DNA of 59,826 nucleotides from the NCBI GenBank assembly GCA_029258795.1, contig JAPDKB010000016.1:1-59826 (forward strand), given 5' to 3'. The DNA is from an archaeon (lineage in GTDB: Archaea; EX4484-52; WAPT01). Under the pieces are notes generated by a model. That model was not told where the DNA came from. It did no database searches and saw only the letters and a list, made by a program, of their open reading frames with translations. This document shows positions 1 through 9,389 of this stretch, piece by piece. Numbering within the stretch: the first letter of the stretch is position 1; every line of letters begins with the position of its first letter. The position numbers and the translations under genes are program-made.

Positions 1-393
1 ATGGCAGAGGTGCTCAAAATACTGAAGGAGTATGTTGGCCCTACAGGAGGGGGAATACTGTACAACATAGGAGTGGAAGCTGGAAAGGAATATTTCAAGG
101 CACATCATGTGGAAGGAGAAAGCATGGAGGACACGATAGGAAAGTTCTTCGGATTTCTTATGTATTCTGGCTATTCCAAAATAACGTTCGATGGTGAGAA
201 AATTATAGTTCCTTCATCACCAACAGCGGACATGTGGAGCAGGAACATAGGAGAGAAAACAAAGACATGTTATTACCTCTCTGGCCTTTTTGCAGGGTTC
301 CTTTCAGAGCTGTTCAAAAAGCAACTTGATGTCAGAGAGGTTAAATGCATGGCCGCAGGCCATGACAGGTGTGAGTTCGAGATATTTGGATGA
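1..393 (+). CDS. V4R (vinyl 4 reductase)-domain small-ligand-binding protein, possibly 5'-truncated by the window edge
   Basis: Typical V4R motifs: LYNIGVEAG, CYYLSGLFAGFL and C-terminal EVKCMAAGHDRCEF. Confidence 0.85.
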   Translation: MAEVLKILKEYVGPTGGGILYNIGVEAGKEYFKAHHVEGESMEDTIGKFFGFLMYSGYSKITFDGEKIIVPSSPTADMWSRNIGEKTKTCYYLSGLFAGFLSELFKKQLDVREVKCMAAGHDRCEFEIFG

Positions 394-407
394 AAAGATT
401 TATATAA
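392..407 (+). promoter_or_regulatory. Putative archaeal BRE/TATA promoter of the KaiC-GTPase fusion gene
   Basis: Purine-rich GAAAAGA followed by TTTATATA about 55 nt upstream of ATG 461; GGTGA RBS just before the start. Confidence 0.5.
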
Positions 408-460
408 AACTGAATTCCCATAATATAAGAGTAGAAGATGCTCAGAGAGGGTGATGTGAG

Positions 461-1603
461 ATGAAAATAACCACGAGCATACCAAAACTGGACGAAATAC
501 TAGAGGGTGGGCTTCCAGTACATGCGAATGTTCTTCTGTTTGCTGACCCGCTTGCGGATGCTGCGACATTCGCTCAGCAGATCCTATCCCACAGAATAGA
601 TGAGGAAGATGTAGGTATATACCTCGTAACCAACAAGCTTCCGAAAGATGTTGAGAACAACATGTACAAACACGGATTCAACACCAATGGTATAGTGTTT
701 ATAGATGGTCTCTCCTACACTTTGAAAAGAAAGAGTGACTCAAAATACGTGATAGACGAAGTAATTACAAGCGGTAAGCCTGCATGGGAGAGAGCAAAGG
801 AACTGTGGATGAAAGCCATCCAGGAAGAGAAAGGGCAGAAATTAGCGGTGTGGGATTGTTTGGAGACGTTCATGGGTTTTGTGGACGAAATAATAGATTT
901 TGTAAATGAGGTTAAGAAGTTGAATGAAGAAAACAAAACAACCTCACTATTCATACTGACGAATTGGGGTTACGATCCCAAAGATATAGAAAGAATAAAG
1001 GAGGCTTTCGATTTGGTGATAGACCTTGCTACAGTCTCCAAGAAACTGATGTACCTTAACTATTACAAAGTCAATCATAAACCAGCAATACCATTCAAAA
1101 TAACTTTAACCGGAGTCACACTTTATATACCAAAGATTCTCATCACCGGTCCATACAACGCAGGAAAATCCACACTTGTTAAACAGCTGTCCGAAACTGC
1201 GGTCAGCATAGACAGGCTCGGTACAACAATAGCGTTGGACCACGGATATGTGGAGAAGAAGGGATTTGCATGTAACATATTCGGTACACCGGGTCAGGAG
1301 AGATTCGACTGGATAATGGAAGTGTTGTCAAAGGATGTGTGGGGTGTGATATTAATAGTGGATTCCACAAAACCGGAATCATTCCCGCGAGCGCTTGAAA
1401 TGCTTGAAAAAGTGAAATCTGAGAACATACCGTTCATAGTGTTTGCTAATAAACAGGACGTGGAGGGAGCGTTGCCTCCTGAAGAAGTGAAGGAAAGATT
1501 GGGTGTGCCGATTGTTGTTGGTGGATCAGCAAAAACAGGAGAGAATACTGAAAAAGCTTTGTTAACACTGTTTGAAGAAATACTGAAAAGAAGGGTGTTT
1601 TAA
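461..1603 (+). CDS. Fusion of an inactivated KaiC/RAD55-like ATPase domain (N-term) and an MglA-family small GTPase (C-term)
   Basis: N-term TSIPKLDEILEGGLP (KaiC/RAD55 start), but Walker A reads ADPLADAAT. C-term G1 GPYNAGKST, G2 TTIALDHG, G3 GTPGQERF, G4 NKQD, G5 SAK. Confidence 0.85.
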   Translation: MKITTSIPKLDEILEGGLPVHANVLLFADPLADAATFAQQILSHRIDEEDVGIYLVTNKLPKDVENNMYKHGFNTNGIVFIDGLSYTLKRKSDSKYVIDEVITSGKPAWERAKELWMKAIQEEKGQKLAVWDCLETFMGFVDEIIDFVNEVKKLNEENKTTSLFILTNWGYDPKDIERIKEAFDLVIDLATVSKKLMYLNYYKVNHKPAIPFKITLTGVTLYIPKILITGPYNAGKSTLVKQLSETAVSIDRLGTTIALDHGYVEKKGFACNIFGTPGQERFDWIMEVLSKDVWGVILIVDSTKPESFPRALEMLEKVKSENIPFIVFANKQDVEGALPPEEVKERLGVPIVVGGSAKTGENTEKALLTLFEEILKRRVF

Positions 1604-1611
1604 ACACCCTT
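1591..1611. repeat. Perfect 10-bp inverted repeat AAGGGTGTTT-T-AAACACCCTT
   Basis: Read directly; overlaps the stop of 461..1603 and lies 20 nt upstream of a TTTATATA box at 1631. Confidence 0.7.
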
Positions 1612-1696
1612 TCAACAGCATTCCATAAACTTTATATAGTAAAAAACCCAAAATGAAATCCGGTTATGATAAAAAAGTTAAGGAGGGTGTGGAAAG

Positions 1697-2071
1697 ATGC
1701 CTAAAGAAGAGGAACTTAAGGAAGCTGTCGGAGATCTGAAAAATGTTTCCGGAGTAGTTGGAAATGCAGTGGTTACACCAGATGGTCTGCTGATATTCTC
1801 AGACTTGCCGGACACCGTGAACAAGAGAGCACTGGCTGCGATGGCAGCAGCTATAGTGGGTACAGGAATGCAGGTTACCAAGGAATTGAACATCGGGACA
1901 CTGAGCCAAGTGATGGTAGAAGCGCAGGAAGGTAAGTTCATATCCATTAGCGTTGGTACGGATGCCGACTCACCCATCCTGTCAACGCTGGTTGAACCAA
2001 AAGCAAACCTTGGTCTCGTGCTTCTGGAGATGGAAAAAGCAGCCAAAAAAATCCAGAAAATCATGGCGTGA
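1697..2071 (+). CDS. Roadblock/LC7-domain protein (MglB-like GTPase partner)
   Basis: 124 aa; GVVGNAVVTPDGL, LAAMAAAIVG and ANLGLVLLEM are roadblock signatures; adjacent to an MglA-like GTPase. Confidence 0.9.
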   Translation: MPKEEELKEAVGDLKNVSGVVGNAVVTPDGLLIFSDLPDTVNKRALAAMAAAIVGTGMQVTKELNIGTLSQVMVEAQEGKFISISVGTDADSPILSTLVEPKANLGLVLLEMEKAAKKIQKIMA

Positions 2072-2738
2072 TTTCTATCCCTTTTTCACTTATTTTGAAG
2101 TTGAGATTTACTGGTAGTGTTTTGGTTTCTTTCATTCTATTTATTTTGATTGTTCTCTTATCACCTTCCATAGAGAAGTAAATCGTACCGTCGGTAAGGC
2201 TGTTAAGAGCAGTTATTACATCAGGCGTGTGCATTCCCTCTTCCACAGTTATCAACTCTGTTATGCCCACACCTTTTAGACGAGCTGAGAGCATCGATAT
2301 AAACCTGAGACACAGGTCCTTGGGGACGAATAGAAACATGGTGGATATGGAATCTACAACAACTCTCCTAACATTCTGATTTTTCATCTCCGTAAGCGCT
2401 TTCGTTATGGCTATCGTGAAATTGGTAAGATTAGCAGGATTCACAACATCCTTCCCTTCTTCCTTACCCATCTGCCATGAGTAAGCATCTATAAAGCGTA
2501 ATGGCTTGCCTGAAACATCCCATCCAAAAGATTTCATGTTATTGATTACCTCATCAGGGGCTGCATTGAGAGTTATGTAAATCGCTCCTTCTCCATTTTT
2601 AAGACCTTCATATATGAACTGGTTACAGAATGTTGTTTTACCCGCACCAGGAATACCTATCAATAAAATGGATGCTCTCTCGGGTAATCCTCCTTCCAGA
2701 GCTTCATCGAATTTAGGGATGCCTGTTGGTACTCTCAT
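2061..2738 (-). CDS. KaiC/RAD55-family ATPase (single domain, intact)
   Basis: PTGIPKFDEALEGGLP, Walker A GIPGAGKTT, Walker B VVVDSIS. Confidence 0.9.
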   Translation of the reverse strand: MRVPTGIPKFDEALEGGLPERASILLIGIPGAGKTTFCNQFIYEGLKNGEGAIYITLNAAPDEVINNMKSFGWDVSGKPLRFIDAYSWQMGKEEGKDVVNPANLTNFTIAITKALTEMKNQNVRRVVVDSISTMFLFVPKDLCLRFISMLSARLKGVGITELITVEEGMHTPDVITALNSLTDGTIYFSMEGDKRTIKINRMKETKTLPVNLNFKISEKGIEITP

Positions 2739-2835
2739 AACACCACCTTGCTGAGTTAATGTGTGCTTGGTTATTTTTATGCAGTATTATGTTTATTAAT
2801 TTAGTGAGTTATATAAAAATTGTGGGTGGTGTTTG

Positions 2836-4083
2836 ATGAGTAAGATTGCGGTGATTAGTTTTGTCTGCGAGTCCATGATTCCGCTCGTTGAAATGATGGC
2901 AACAAGAATTGTGGCAAGTGGTCATGAGATTGTGGACGAAAACAGAGCTGAAGTGGTTGTAATTGCTAGTTGTGCGCTGAGCGCATCCATAAAAAGAAAA
3001 TGCATTAAGAGGGCGCAACTAGCATCCAGTAGTGGAAAAAGGGTGTTAATGATTGGCTGTCTTCCGGAAATATATGAAAAGGAGTTGCTCTCTTCCGTTC
3101 CTAACGCGAGCGTGGCAGGCGTGACCTCTTATCTGAAGATTGGAGAAATCATTAAGAAGATGCTTGAAGGTTATAGGGTAAGGAGGTTTGATGACCCACC
3201 AAGAATTCCCGTTGGTGGTGGGTGGAACAGGATAAATCCGTTGGTGGCATACATCCCCATAAGTGAGGGTTGTTCATGGAACTGCTCTTTCTGCATGTGC
3301 AGGATAGCGAGAGGCTCACTCATATCTTATCCTCCCGAAAAGATTGTGTCTTCCATTATAAACGCTGTTGAGAACTCCGCAAAAGAAATCGTGCTGGTGG
3401 GTGATGATGTTGGTGCTTATGGGCGTGATGCAGGAATGACTTTACCTTCCCTTCTCAGAAAAGTGCTGACCATAAAAGGGGATTTTAAGGTAAAGCTAAG
3501 CTACATCAATCCAGCAAGCTTGCTGAATTGTTTCGATGACCTGCTTTCCTGCTTGACCCATCCGAAAATGTACAGGTTTTTGCATCTCAACATTCAGAGC
3601 GCATCTAACCGCGTGCTTTCTGCAATGAAAAGAAAGTATAGCGCTGAAAATGTTGCGGAAATGGTGGAGAAGTTGAGATCCTCTTTCAATGGATTCACCA
3701 TCCTCATGGACGTTATGGTCGGGCATCCTGCAGAGAAGGATGAAGATTTTGAGGAGACCGTGTCCTTTTTGAATGATGTCAAGCCCGACTCCATTAACGT
3801 TCATACGTATTCTCCAGTAAAACCTGATGAGGAAGTCATTCCTTCGTGGAAGGTAAAGCAGAGGTATGAAGAACTGCTCTCTCTCAAGAAAAAACTCGAG
3901 CAAGAAAGCTCCAAGAAATGGATCGGGTGGAGTGGAGAAGTTACGGTGGTGCAAGTTTCTAACGGCATGTCCCTCGGAAGAAACTATGCCTATCGTGATG
4001 TGCTTATTAAAAGAAAACTCGAGCCCGGAACGAAAACGAACGTGGAGGTGAGAGATTTCCGTGAGTTTTTACTGCTTACCTGA
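2836..4083 (+). CDS. MiaB/MtaB-like radical SAM methylthiotransferase (divergent)
   Basis: Three N-terminal UPF0004-type Cys (FVCES, IASCA, IGCLP), radical SAM CxxxCxxC (EGCSWNCSFC), TRAM-like C-term GRNYAYR. Confidence 0.8.
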   Translation: MSKIAVISFVCESMIPLVEMMATRIVASGHEIVDENRAEVVVIASCALSASIKRKCIKRAQLASSSGKRVLMIGCLPEIYEKELLSSVPNASVAGVTSYLKIGEIIKKMLEGYRVRRFDDPPRIPVGGGWNRINPLVAYIPISEGCSWNCSFCMCRIARGSLISYPPEKIVSSIINAVENSAKEIVLVGDDVGAYGRDAGMTLPSLLRKVLTIKGDFKVKLSYINPASLLNCFDDLLSCLTHPKMYRFLHLNIQSASNRVLSAMKRKYSAENVAEMVEKLRSSFNGFTILMDVMVGHPAEKDEDFEETVSFLNDVKPDSINVHTYSPVKPDEEVIPSWKVKQRYEELLSLKKKLEQESSKKWIGWSGEVTVVQVSNGMSLGRNYAYRDVLIKRKLEPGTKTNVEVRDFREFLLLT

Positions 4084-5937
4084 CAGTGCTTTTTTTATGA
4101 TCTCCACAGCATCCTTGCCGTCTATCCTGCCAGCGTAGACCTTCATCACCTCACCCATTATCATCTTGAAGCTTGCCTTTTCCCCATGCTTCTTTATCAG
4201 CTCTTTGACTAGATTCTCAACTTCGGATTTGTTAGCTTTCCGCAGATTCTTTTCCTTCACCACCAACTCTGGCTTTTTACCCTCTTCTACGCACGCCTTA
4301 AGAATTATCGGTATGGCATCTCGTGATATGACACCTTCATCTAAAAGGTGGAGCACGCTCAAGATGGTTCTGTCATCAAGCTTATCTATATCCACATTCT
4401 CCCTGCTTTTGAGATCAGGAATGGTGTTGACAAGCGTTACTGCTACCACTTTCGGAGGGACGTGCTTAAGCTTCACTACCGCCTCCTCGAAAATGAGATA
4501 ATAATCAGAGTTTATGAGCTGTGTTGCCAGCTCCTTTCCTATGCCAAGAGAAAGGTACTTCTCCATTTTTTCTTCAGGAGTTTCTGGAAGATTGGCTCTC
4601 GTTTCCTCTATCATATCCTCGATTATGAATATCGGTGGCACATCAGTTTCGGGGTACATTCTGGCCGAGCCGGGCAACGGACGCATATACTGTGTGTCAC
4701 CATTCTCAAGCGCTCTCCTTGTCTCTTCAGGAACTCCCTCTGCCAGCATCTCCACCCTTTCTCTCACAACCTCAAGCGCTTTCTCTGCTTCCTCCCTTTC
4801 GTCTTCCTTTTCAAACAACACCATCACCACCAAATCCTTTGGTGATGCTTTGCAATTTTTCCTGAGCGCTTCAACCTCTCCTTCACTGATTCCATAACGG
4901 CTGAGGTCTTCATCGGTGTGAATTATACCCTTCATTTTTGTTTTAGCTCTCACGTAGTCTGCTACCTCTCTCCCAAGAGTTCTGAAATCATTGAGCTTTC
5001 TGGAAAACATTCCTGAAAAGTTGTTTATGGTTATGGCAAGGGCTTTCTTGTTTTTAAGCAACCTGCTGCGCGTATCTTTAAACACCTCACCAACATCAAA
5101 AATTCTGGAGACCTTCGGCTTCTTACCCTTTAACTCGTTTTTTATCTCAACCAGCGATTTCTGCCTCTTCACTTCATTTTCCACAAGCTTCTCCATCACG
5201 CTTAAGTCCTGAGCTCCTTTTATCTCGACTCTCGCTCCCTCCTTTATCGAGATGTTTATGTCCTGTCTTATACTACCTATCCCTCTCATCACCTTACCCG
5301 TAAACCTCAAAAGCTCGCCCAGCTTTCTTGCGGCGTCCACAACTTTTTCGGGGGAATTAAGGACCGGTTCCGTCGCTATCTCCACAAGCGGAATGCCCAA
5401 CCTGTTCAGCCCGTAAGCAACATAATCATCTCCCCTCTCAATTATCTGCGCACTCTCTTCCTCCAAGCAAATGGTTGGTATGGGCACATCTCCAAACGAG
5501 CATTTGAGCTTGCCATCAAGCCCTATTATGGCTGTCCTCTGAAATCCCGTCGTGTTTGAACCATCTATAACTATCTTCCTCATAAAATGGACTTCATCAA
5601 CTATTTTTGCATTGAGAAGAAGCGCTATCTCAACCACTATTTTTAGTGCTTCCTCATTCACCTCGTGTGGGGGTTCTTCATCCATCTCCACAAGACATGT
5701 ACTCTTCTTATATGTTCTGTAAATGTATTTCCTCCCTTTCATGTGTTCATGCAGTGCTGCAGGGTCGATTTCTCCGAGCTCGCTCTTGCTCAGCCTCAAA
5801 TACCTGTGAAAAGTTGAGGTGTGTTCATCTTCAAGAAGAGAATCACAATTGCAAAAAAGCTTGTGCGTTTTCAACCTCCTGTGGATTTCTATACCGCACT
5901 TGAGCCCGAGTTTTTTGTAATCCAGCACTTCTCCCAT
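4069..5937 (-). CDS. gatE: Glutamyl-tRNA(Gln) amidotransferase subunit E
   Basis: GLKCGIEIH, KLFCNC, RKIVIDGSNTTGFQRT, RLGIPLVEIAT, RPLPGSARMYPETD. Confidence 0.97.
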   Translation of the reverse strand: MGEVLDYKKLGLKCGIEIHRRLKTHKLFCNCDSLLEDEHTSTFHRYLRLSKSELGEIDPAALHEHMKGRKYIYRTYKKSTCLVEMDEEPPHEVNEEALKIVVEIALLLNAKIVDEVHFMRKIVIDGSNTTGFQRTAIIGLDGKLKCSFGDVPIPTICLEEESAQIIERGDDYVAYGLNRLGIPLVEIATEPVLNSPEKVVDAARKLGELLRFTGKVMRGIGSIRQDINISIKEGARVEIKGAQDLSVMEKLVENEVKRQKSLVEIKNELKGKKPKVSRIFDVGEVFKDTRSRLLKNKKALAITINNFSGMFSRKLNDFRTLGREVADYVRAKTKMKGIIHTDEDLSRYGISEGEVEALRKNCKASPKDLVVMVLFEKEDEREEAEKALEVVRERVEMLAEGVPEETRRALENGDTQYMRPLPGSARMYPETDVPPIFIIEDMIEETRANLPETPEEKMEKYLSLGIGKELATQLINSDYYLIFEEAVVKLKHVPPKVVAVTLVNTIPDLKSRENVDIDKLDDRTILSVLHLLDEGVISRDAIPIILKACVEEGKKPELVVKEKNLRKANKSEVENLVKELIKKHGEKASFKMIMGEVMKVYAGRIDGKDAVEIIKKALSGKQ

Positions 5938-5963
5938 GATATTTCACACCCTTGGTATGCTTT

Positions 5964-6536
5964 TCAACTTACGTTATGAACAAGCATCTCCAGAAATCCT
6001 TTAGAGGCTTCAAACGATTCTTTTGCCCTCTCCTTGCTCACCTCGAAGAAGAGGGAGGCGTAAGCTTTGTTGATGAATTTGGATGCTGCCCTTATTATAT
6101 CTCCACTATCTTTGTAAGTTGGCAGTTTAGAGGCAATTATTATGAATTTGACCAGCCCCTGAGGAGAACATCTCTCAATGTTTTCTGCATCACTCACCAC
6201 TTTTTCCTCATTCGTTTTTGGCTCTCCCTCTCTTTCCCACACCCGAAAATCATGCTTCCTTATCGTATTCATTATCGCGATTCTCTTGTCACTCGGAATT
6301 CCAAGCTCCTTAAGTATCTTATCAGCTGCAATTGCACTCTCCTCGGCGTGGCTGACAACGTTCTTTCCATCAAAGGCAATGTCGTGTAAAAGCGACGCTA
6401 TTCTCACTATATTTTTGTTGACCTCGACGCGCTCAGCTATGTGCTCAGCATTCTCCATAACTCGTAAAGCGTGCGGATACCCGAAAAGGATGTCATGTCC
6501 CAATCTCGCCTTAACGATGCGATGAAGCTCTTCCAT
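5964..6536 (-). CDS. HD-domain phosphohydrolase
   Basis: H...LLHDIA...H...H...DAE HD-superfamily pattern; start taken at ATG 6536. Confidence 0.8.
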   Translation of the reverse strand: MEELHRIVKARLGHDILFGYPHALRVMENAEHIAERVEVNKNIVRIASLLHDIAFDGKNVVSHAEESAIAADKILKELGIPSDKRIAIMNTIRKHDFRVWEREGEPKTNEEKVVSDAENIERCSPQGLVKFIIIASKLPTYKDSGDIIRAASKFINKAYASLFFEVSKERAKESFEASKGFLEMLVHNVS

Positions 6537-6590
6537 AATAGCTAATGCGAGAAGGAACATTTTAAAGATTTGTCACGACAAACTTAGAAC

Positions 6591-7937
6591 ATGTATGCTA
6601 AAGAAATAATCGAAGTTCTGAAAAAAGCGGGGGCATCTGAAGGAGATTTCATCAGAGTAATGCTCAGAGATGGCTGTGTTCGTGAAGGAATTCTCATGCC
6701 CCGTTCCGAGTTCGGAAACGAAAAATGTCTGGTCATCAAGTTAAAGAATGGTTATAACATAGGGATTTCTGCCAAAAAAATAAAGAGTGTGGAAGTTATC
6801 GAAAAAAGAAAAAAGAAAGATACCATACCACAAAGAAAACCATCAAAGACAAAAGGAGGGAAAAAGCCAAAAGTTGTTATCCTGCACACAGGAGGGACGA
6901 TAGCTTCGAGAGTGGATTACGAAACGGGTGGTGTTAAAGCCCTATTTTCTCCTGAAGAGCTGCTTGACCTATTTCCTGAGATGGAAAAGTATGCGTTGAT
7001 CGATTCAAAACTTATAGCCAACGCTCTCAGCGAGAACCTGCGTTTTGGACATTACAACAAGATGATAGATGCCATTGAGAAGGAAATAAAAAAAGGTGTG
7101 GATGGCATCATACTGACTCACGGGACTGATACTATGGCTTACACCGCTGCAGCCATTGCGTTTGCTTTTGAAAACCTACCCGTTCCCGTGATTTTGGTTG
7201 GGGCGCAGCGCAGCTCCGATAGACCGAGCAGCGATGCTGCCATGAACCTCATCTCGGCTTTGCAGTTCATAACCACCACTGATTTTTGCGATGTAGGTAT
7301 ATGCATGCACGCAACAACAAGCGATGACTACTGCCACATACTGCCAGCTTGCAAAACAAGAAAGATGCACACATCAGCAAGATACGCTTTTCAAGCAATA
7401 AACGCTAAGCCATATGCTAAAGTGTGGTGGAAGGAGGAGAGGGTGGAATTCTTACAGGACGATTATGTTAGGAAGAGTGATGTGAAGGGCAAGCTCGTGG
7501 TCAGAAAGTTCAGGGAAGATATTAAGGTGGGATTGCTGAAGGCACACCCCCACCTCATGCCGGAGGAGGTGCTTGCTTACCAGGGTTTTGATGGAATGGT
7601 GATAGAGGGTACAGGGCTGGGACATATTGGAATAGAGTCCTTTGATGAGTTAAGCAAGGAGAATGAGGAGGTCATGAAAGCTCTGAAAAAGGTGATCGAA
7701 AGCGGAACCATCGTTGTTATGACCTCTCAATGTCTTTATGGCAGGGTGAACATGAACGTGTACAGCACGGGAAGAAAGCTGCTGAAGATGGGCGTGCTTG
7801 GCAATCTCACGGACATGCTCCCGGAGGTTGCCTTTGTGAAGCTCGCCTGGCTCCTCAGCAACTTCAAAAAGGATGAAATTCCGAAGCTCTGGCACACGAA
7901 TCTTCGGGGAGAAATCTCTGACAGGACGTTAGAGTGA
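6591..7937 (+). CDS. gatD: Glutamyl-tRNA(Gln) amidotransferase subunit D
   Basis: KLKNGYNIG N-domain, TGGTIASRVDYETG, HGTDT, GAQRSSDRPSSD. Confidence 0.97.
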   Translation: MYAKEIIEVLKKAGASEGDFIRVMLRDGCVREGILMPRSEFGNEKCLVIKLKNGYNIGISAKKIKSVEVIEKRKKKDTIPQRKPSKTKGGKKPKVVILHTGGTIASRVDYETGGVKALFSPEELLDLFPEMEKYALIDSKLIANALSENLRFGHYNKMIDAIEKEIKKGVDGIILTHGTDTMAYTAAAIAFAFENLPVPVILVGAQRSSDRPSSDAAMNLISALQFITTTDFCDVGICMHATTSDDYCHILPACKTRKMHTSARYAFQAINAKPYAKVWWKEERVEFLQDDYVRKSDVKGKLVVRKFREDIKVGLLKAHPHLMPEEVLAYQGFDGMVIEGTGLGHIGIESFDELSKENEEVMKALKKVIESGTIVVMTSQCLYGRVNMNVYSTGRKLLKMGVLGNLTDMLPEVAFVKLAWLLSNFKKDEIPKLWHTNLRGEISDRTLE

Positions 7938-7942
7938 TGAAT

Positions 7943-9361
7943 TCAGGACAGCGCTTCATCAACATACTTTTTGTATGCTGTGTAAAGAGCTTGTTTTGAT
8001 ACGCCAGTGTCCACATTTTCAAAGCCAAATCTGTGGCTCAAATCCTTCTCCTCGAGATATGAGTCCAGCACGATTCCCTCTTTACTTGCCACCTTCTTCC
8101 AAGCTGAATAGTTCATACCGTATTTGTGGGCTTTCAATAAAAGTTCACCTATCTTTTCATCACCAATACTGAGAATTGCCTGCAAATGAGCCCGTTTGGG
8201 GTTTGTTAGGTGTACCATAACACCCATTTTTCTCAAACTTCTCGCTATCGTCATGTTCTTTCGAGAAAGAGATTCGATTTCATCGACGGGGGCAAATTGG
8301 AACGGTGTGTGTGGCTTGGGCACAAAAATGGAGAATGTGCATTTAATATAGATTCCTTTTATTGATGTGCAGTCCTTCACCAGCTTAACCACATCGCGTA
8401 TATCCTCCTCTCTTTCGTAAGGAATACCTACCATAAAATACAGCTTAACAGTTCTAACTCCATTTTTCTTTGCCATCTTTACAGCTTGTAACACATCATC
8501 ATCGCTAAAATTCTTTCCCACAAGGTTTCTCAACCGCTCGGTGGTTTCTGGCGCGATGGTCAGAATTCTCGGCTTCACTTCCTTCAAAAAATCGCGAAAC
8601 TCAAGCACATCCCTAACATGGAAGGATGGGGTTGCTACATCGAACTTGCGGGAGCGCAAATAACGATATATCTCTGGGAGTTCTGGGTGAGAGAAGATAT
8701 CTGAGCCCACAAGCATTATCTTTCTATACCTGTTTTTGGGCACTCTGCTCATTATTAACTTGACATTATCCAGAGTTCTGTAACGGCATGTACCTCTCGT
8801 CCAACCGATCAGGCAGAATTTACACTTGTTCCTGCATCCTCTCTGCACCTCCAGAAAGAACTCCTCATCACTTCCGCTTTCTGCAGGGTGTCTATCTCCC
8901 AACAACTTGCACAGCGCGACTTTTACTTTTTCTTTTCCCTTTTTCCACACATGCTCTGATCTCTCTATCACCTGCTCAACACCGTAATTTTTCATCTCAT
9001 CGAAAAAAATTTCGCCATCTCCAATGAAAAACGCGTCGATAATGGAGGAAAGTGGGGCAGGATTCACCACCACAGGCCCGCCCATGATGATAAAGGGCTG
9101 TTTTTCGTTGTTTTCAGTGCTCTTCCCCAACGAAAAACCTGCTTTCTCCAGAATTTCAATGAGGTGGAGGTAATCATTTTCATAGTGACAGCTTATCAGT
9201 ATCATATCGTGCTTTTTTAATTCGGAAAGCTCGGTTGAATCGAGAAAATAGAACCTGCTCCTTAATCCCATCCTCATGAGTTCATCTCTCAGAAAGTAGA
9301 TGGAAAGTGCTTTTTCTCCCACCTTTCTTCTGTTAGGATAAATTATGGCTACATTTTCCAT
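7943..9361 (-). CDS. Radical SAM protein (B12-binding-like N-domain, COG1032-type)
   Basis: EVQRGCRNKCKFC, TIAPET, KLYFMVGIP, FVPKPHTPFQ. Confidence 0.85.
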   Translation of the reverse strand: MENVAIIYPNRRKVGEKALSIYFLRDELMRMGLRSRFYFLDSTELSELKKHDMILISCHYENDYLHLIEILEKAGFSLGKSTENNEKQPFIIMGGPVVVNPAPLSSIIDAFFIGDGEIFFDEMKNYGVEQVIERSEHVWKKGKEKVKVALCKLLGDRHPAESGSDEEFFLEVQRGCRNKCKFCLIGWTRGTCRYRTLDNVKLIMSRVPKNRYRKIMLVGSDIFSHPELPEIYRYLRSRKFDVATPSFHVRDVLEFRDFLKEVKPRILTIAPETTERLRNLVGKNFSDDDVLQAVKMAKKNGVRTVKLYFMVGIPYEREEDIRDVVKLVKDCTSIKGIYIKCTFSIFVPKPHTPFQFAPVDEIESLSRKNMTIARSLRKMGVMVHLTNPKRAHLQAILSIGDEKIGELLLKAHKYGMNYSAWKKVASKEGIVLDSYLEEKDLSHRFGFENVDTGVSKQALYTAYKKYVDEALS

Positions 9362-9389
9362 TCCATACCATTTAGCTGCTAAATTTTAA

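Noticed and set aside
4166-5903. Many antisense or alternative-frame ORFs in the track (also across 13143-15134, 31585-33716, 36084-37491, 39374-42613)
   Set aside because: They are shadows of well-supported genes, Ser/Phe/Leu-rich as expected for the antisense of Glu/Lys-rich coding DNA
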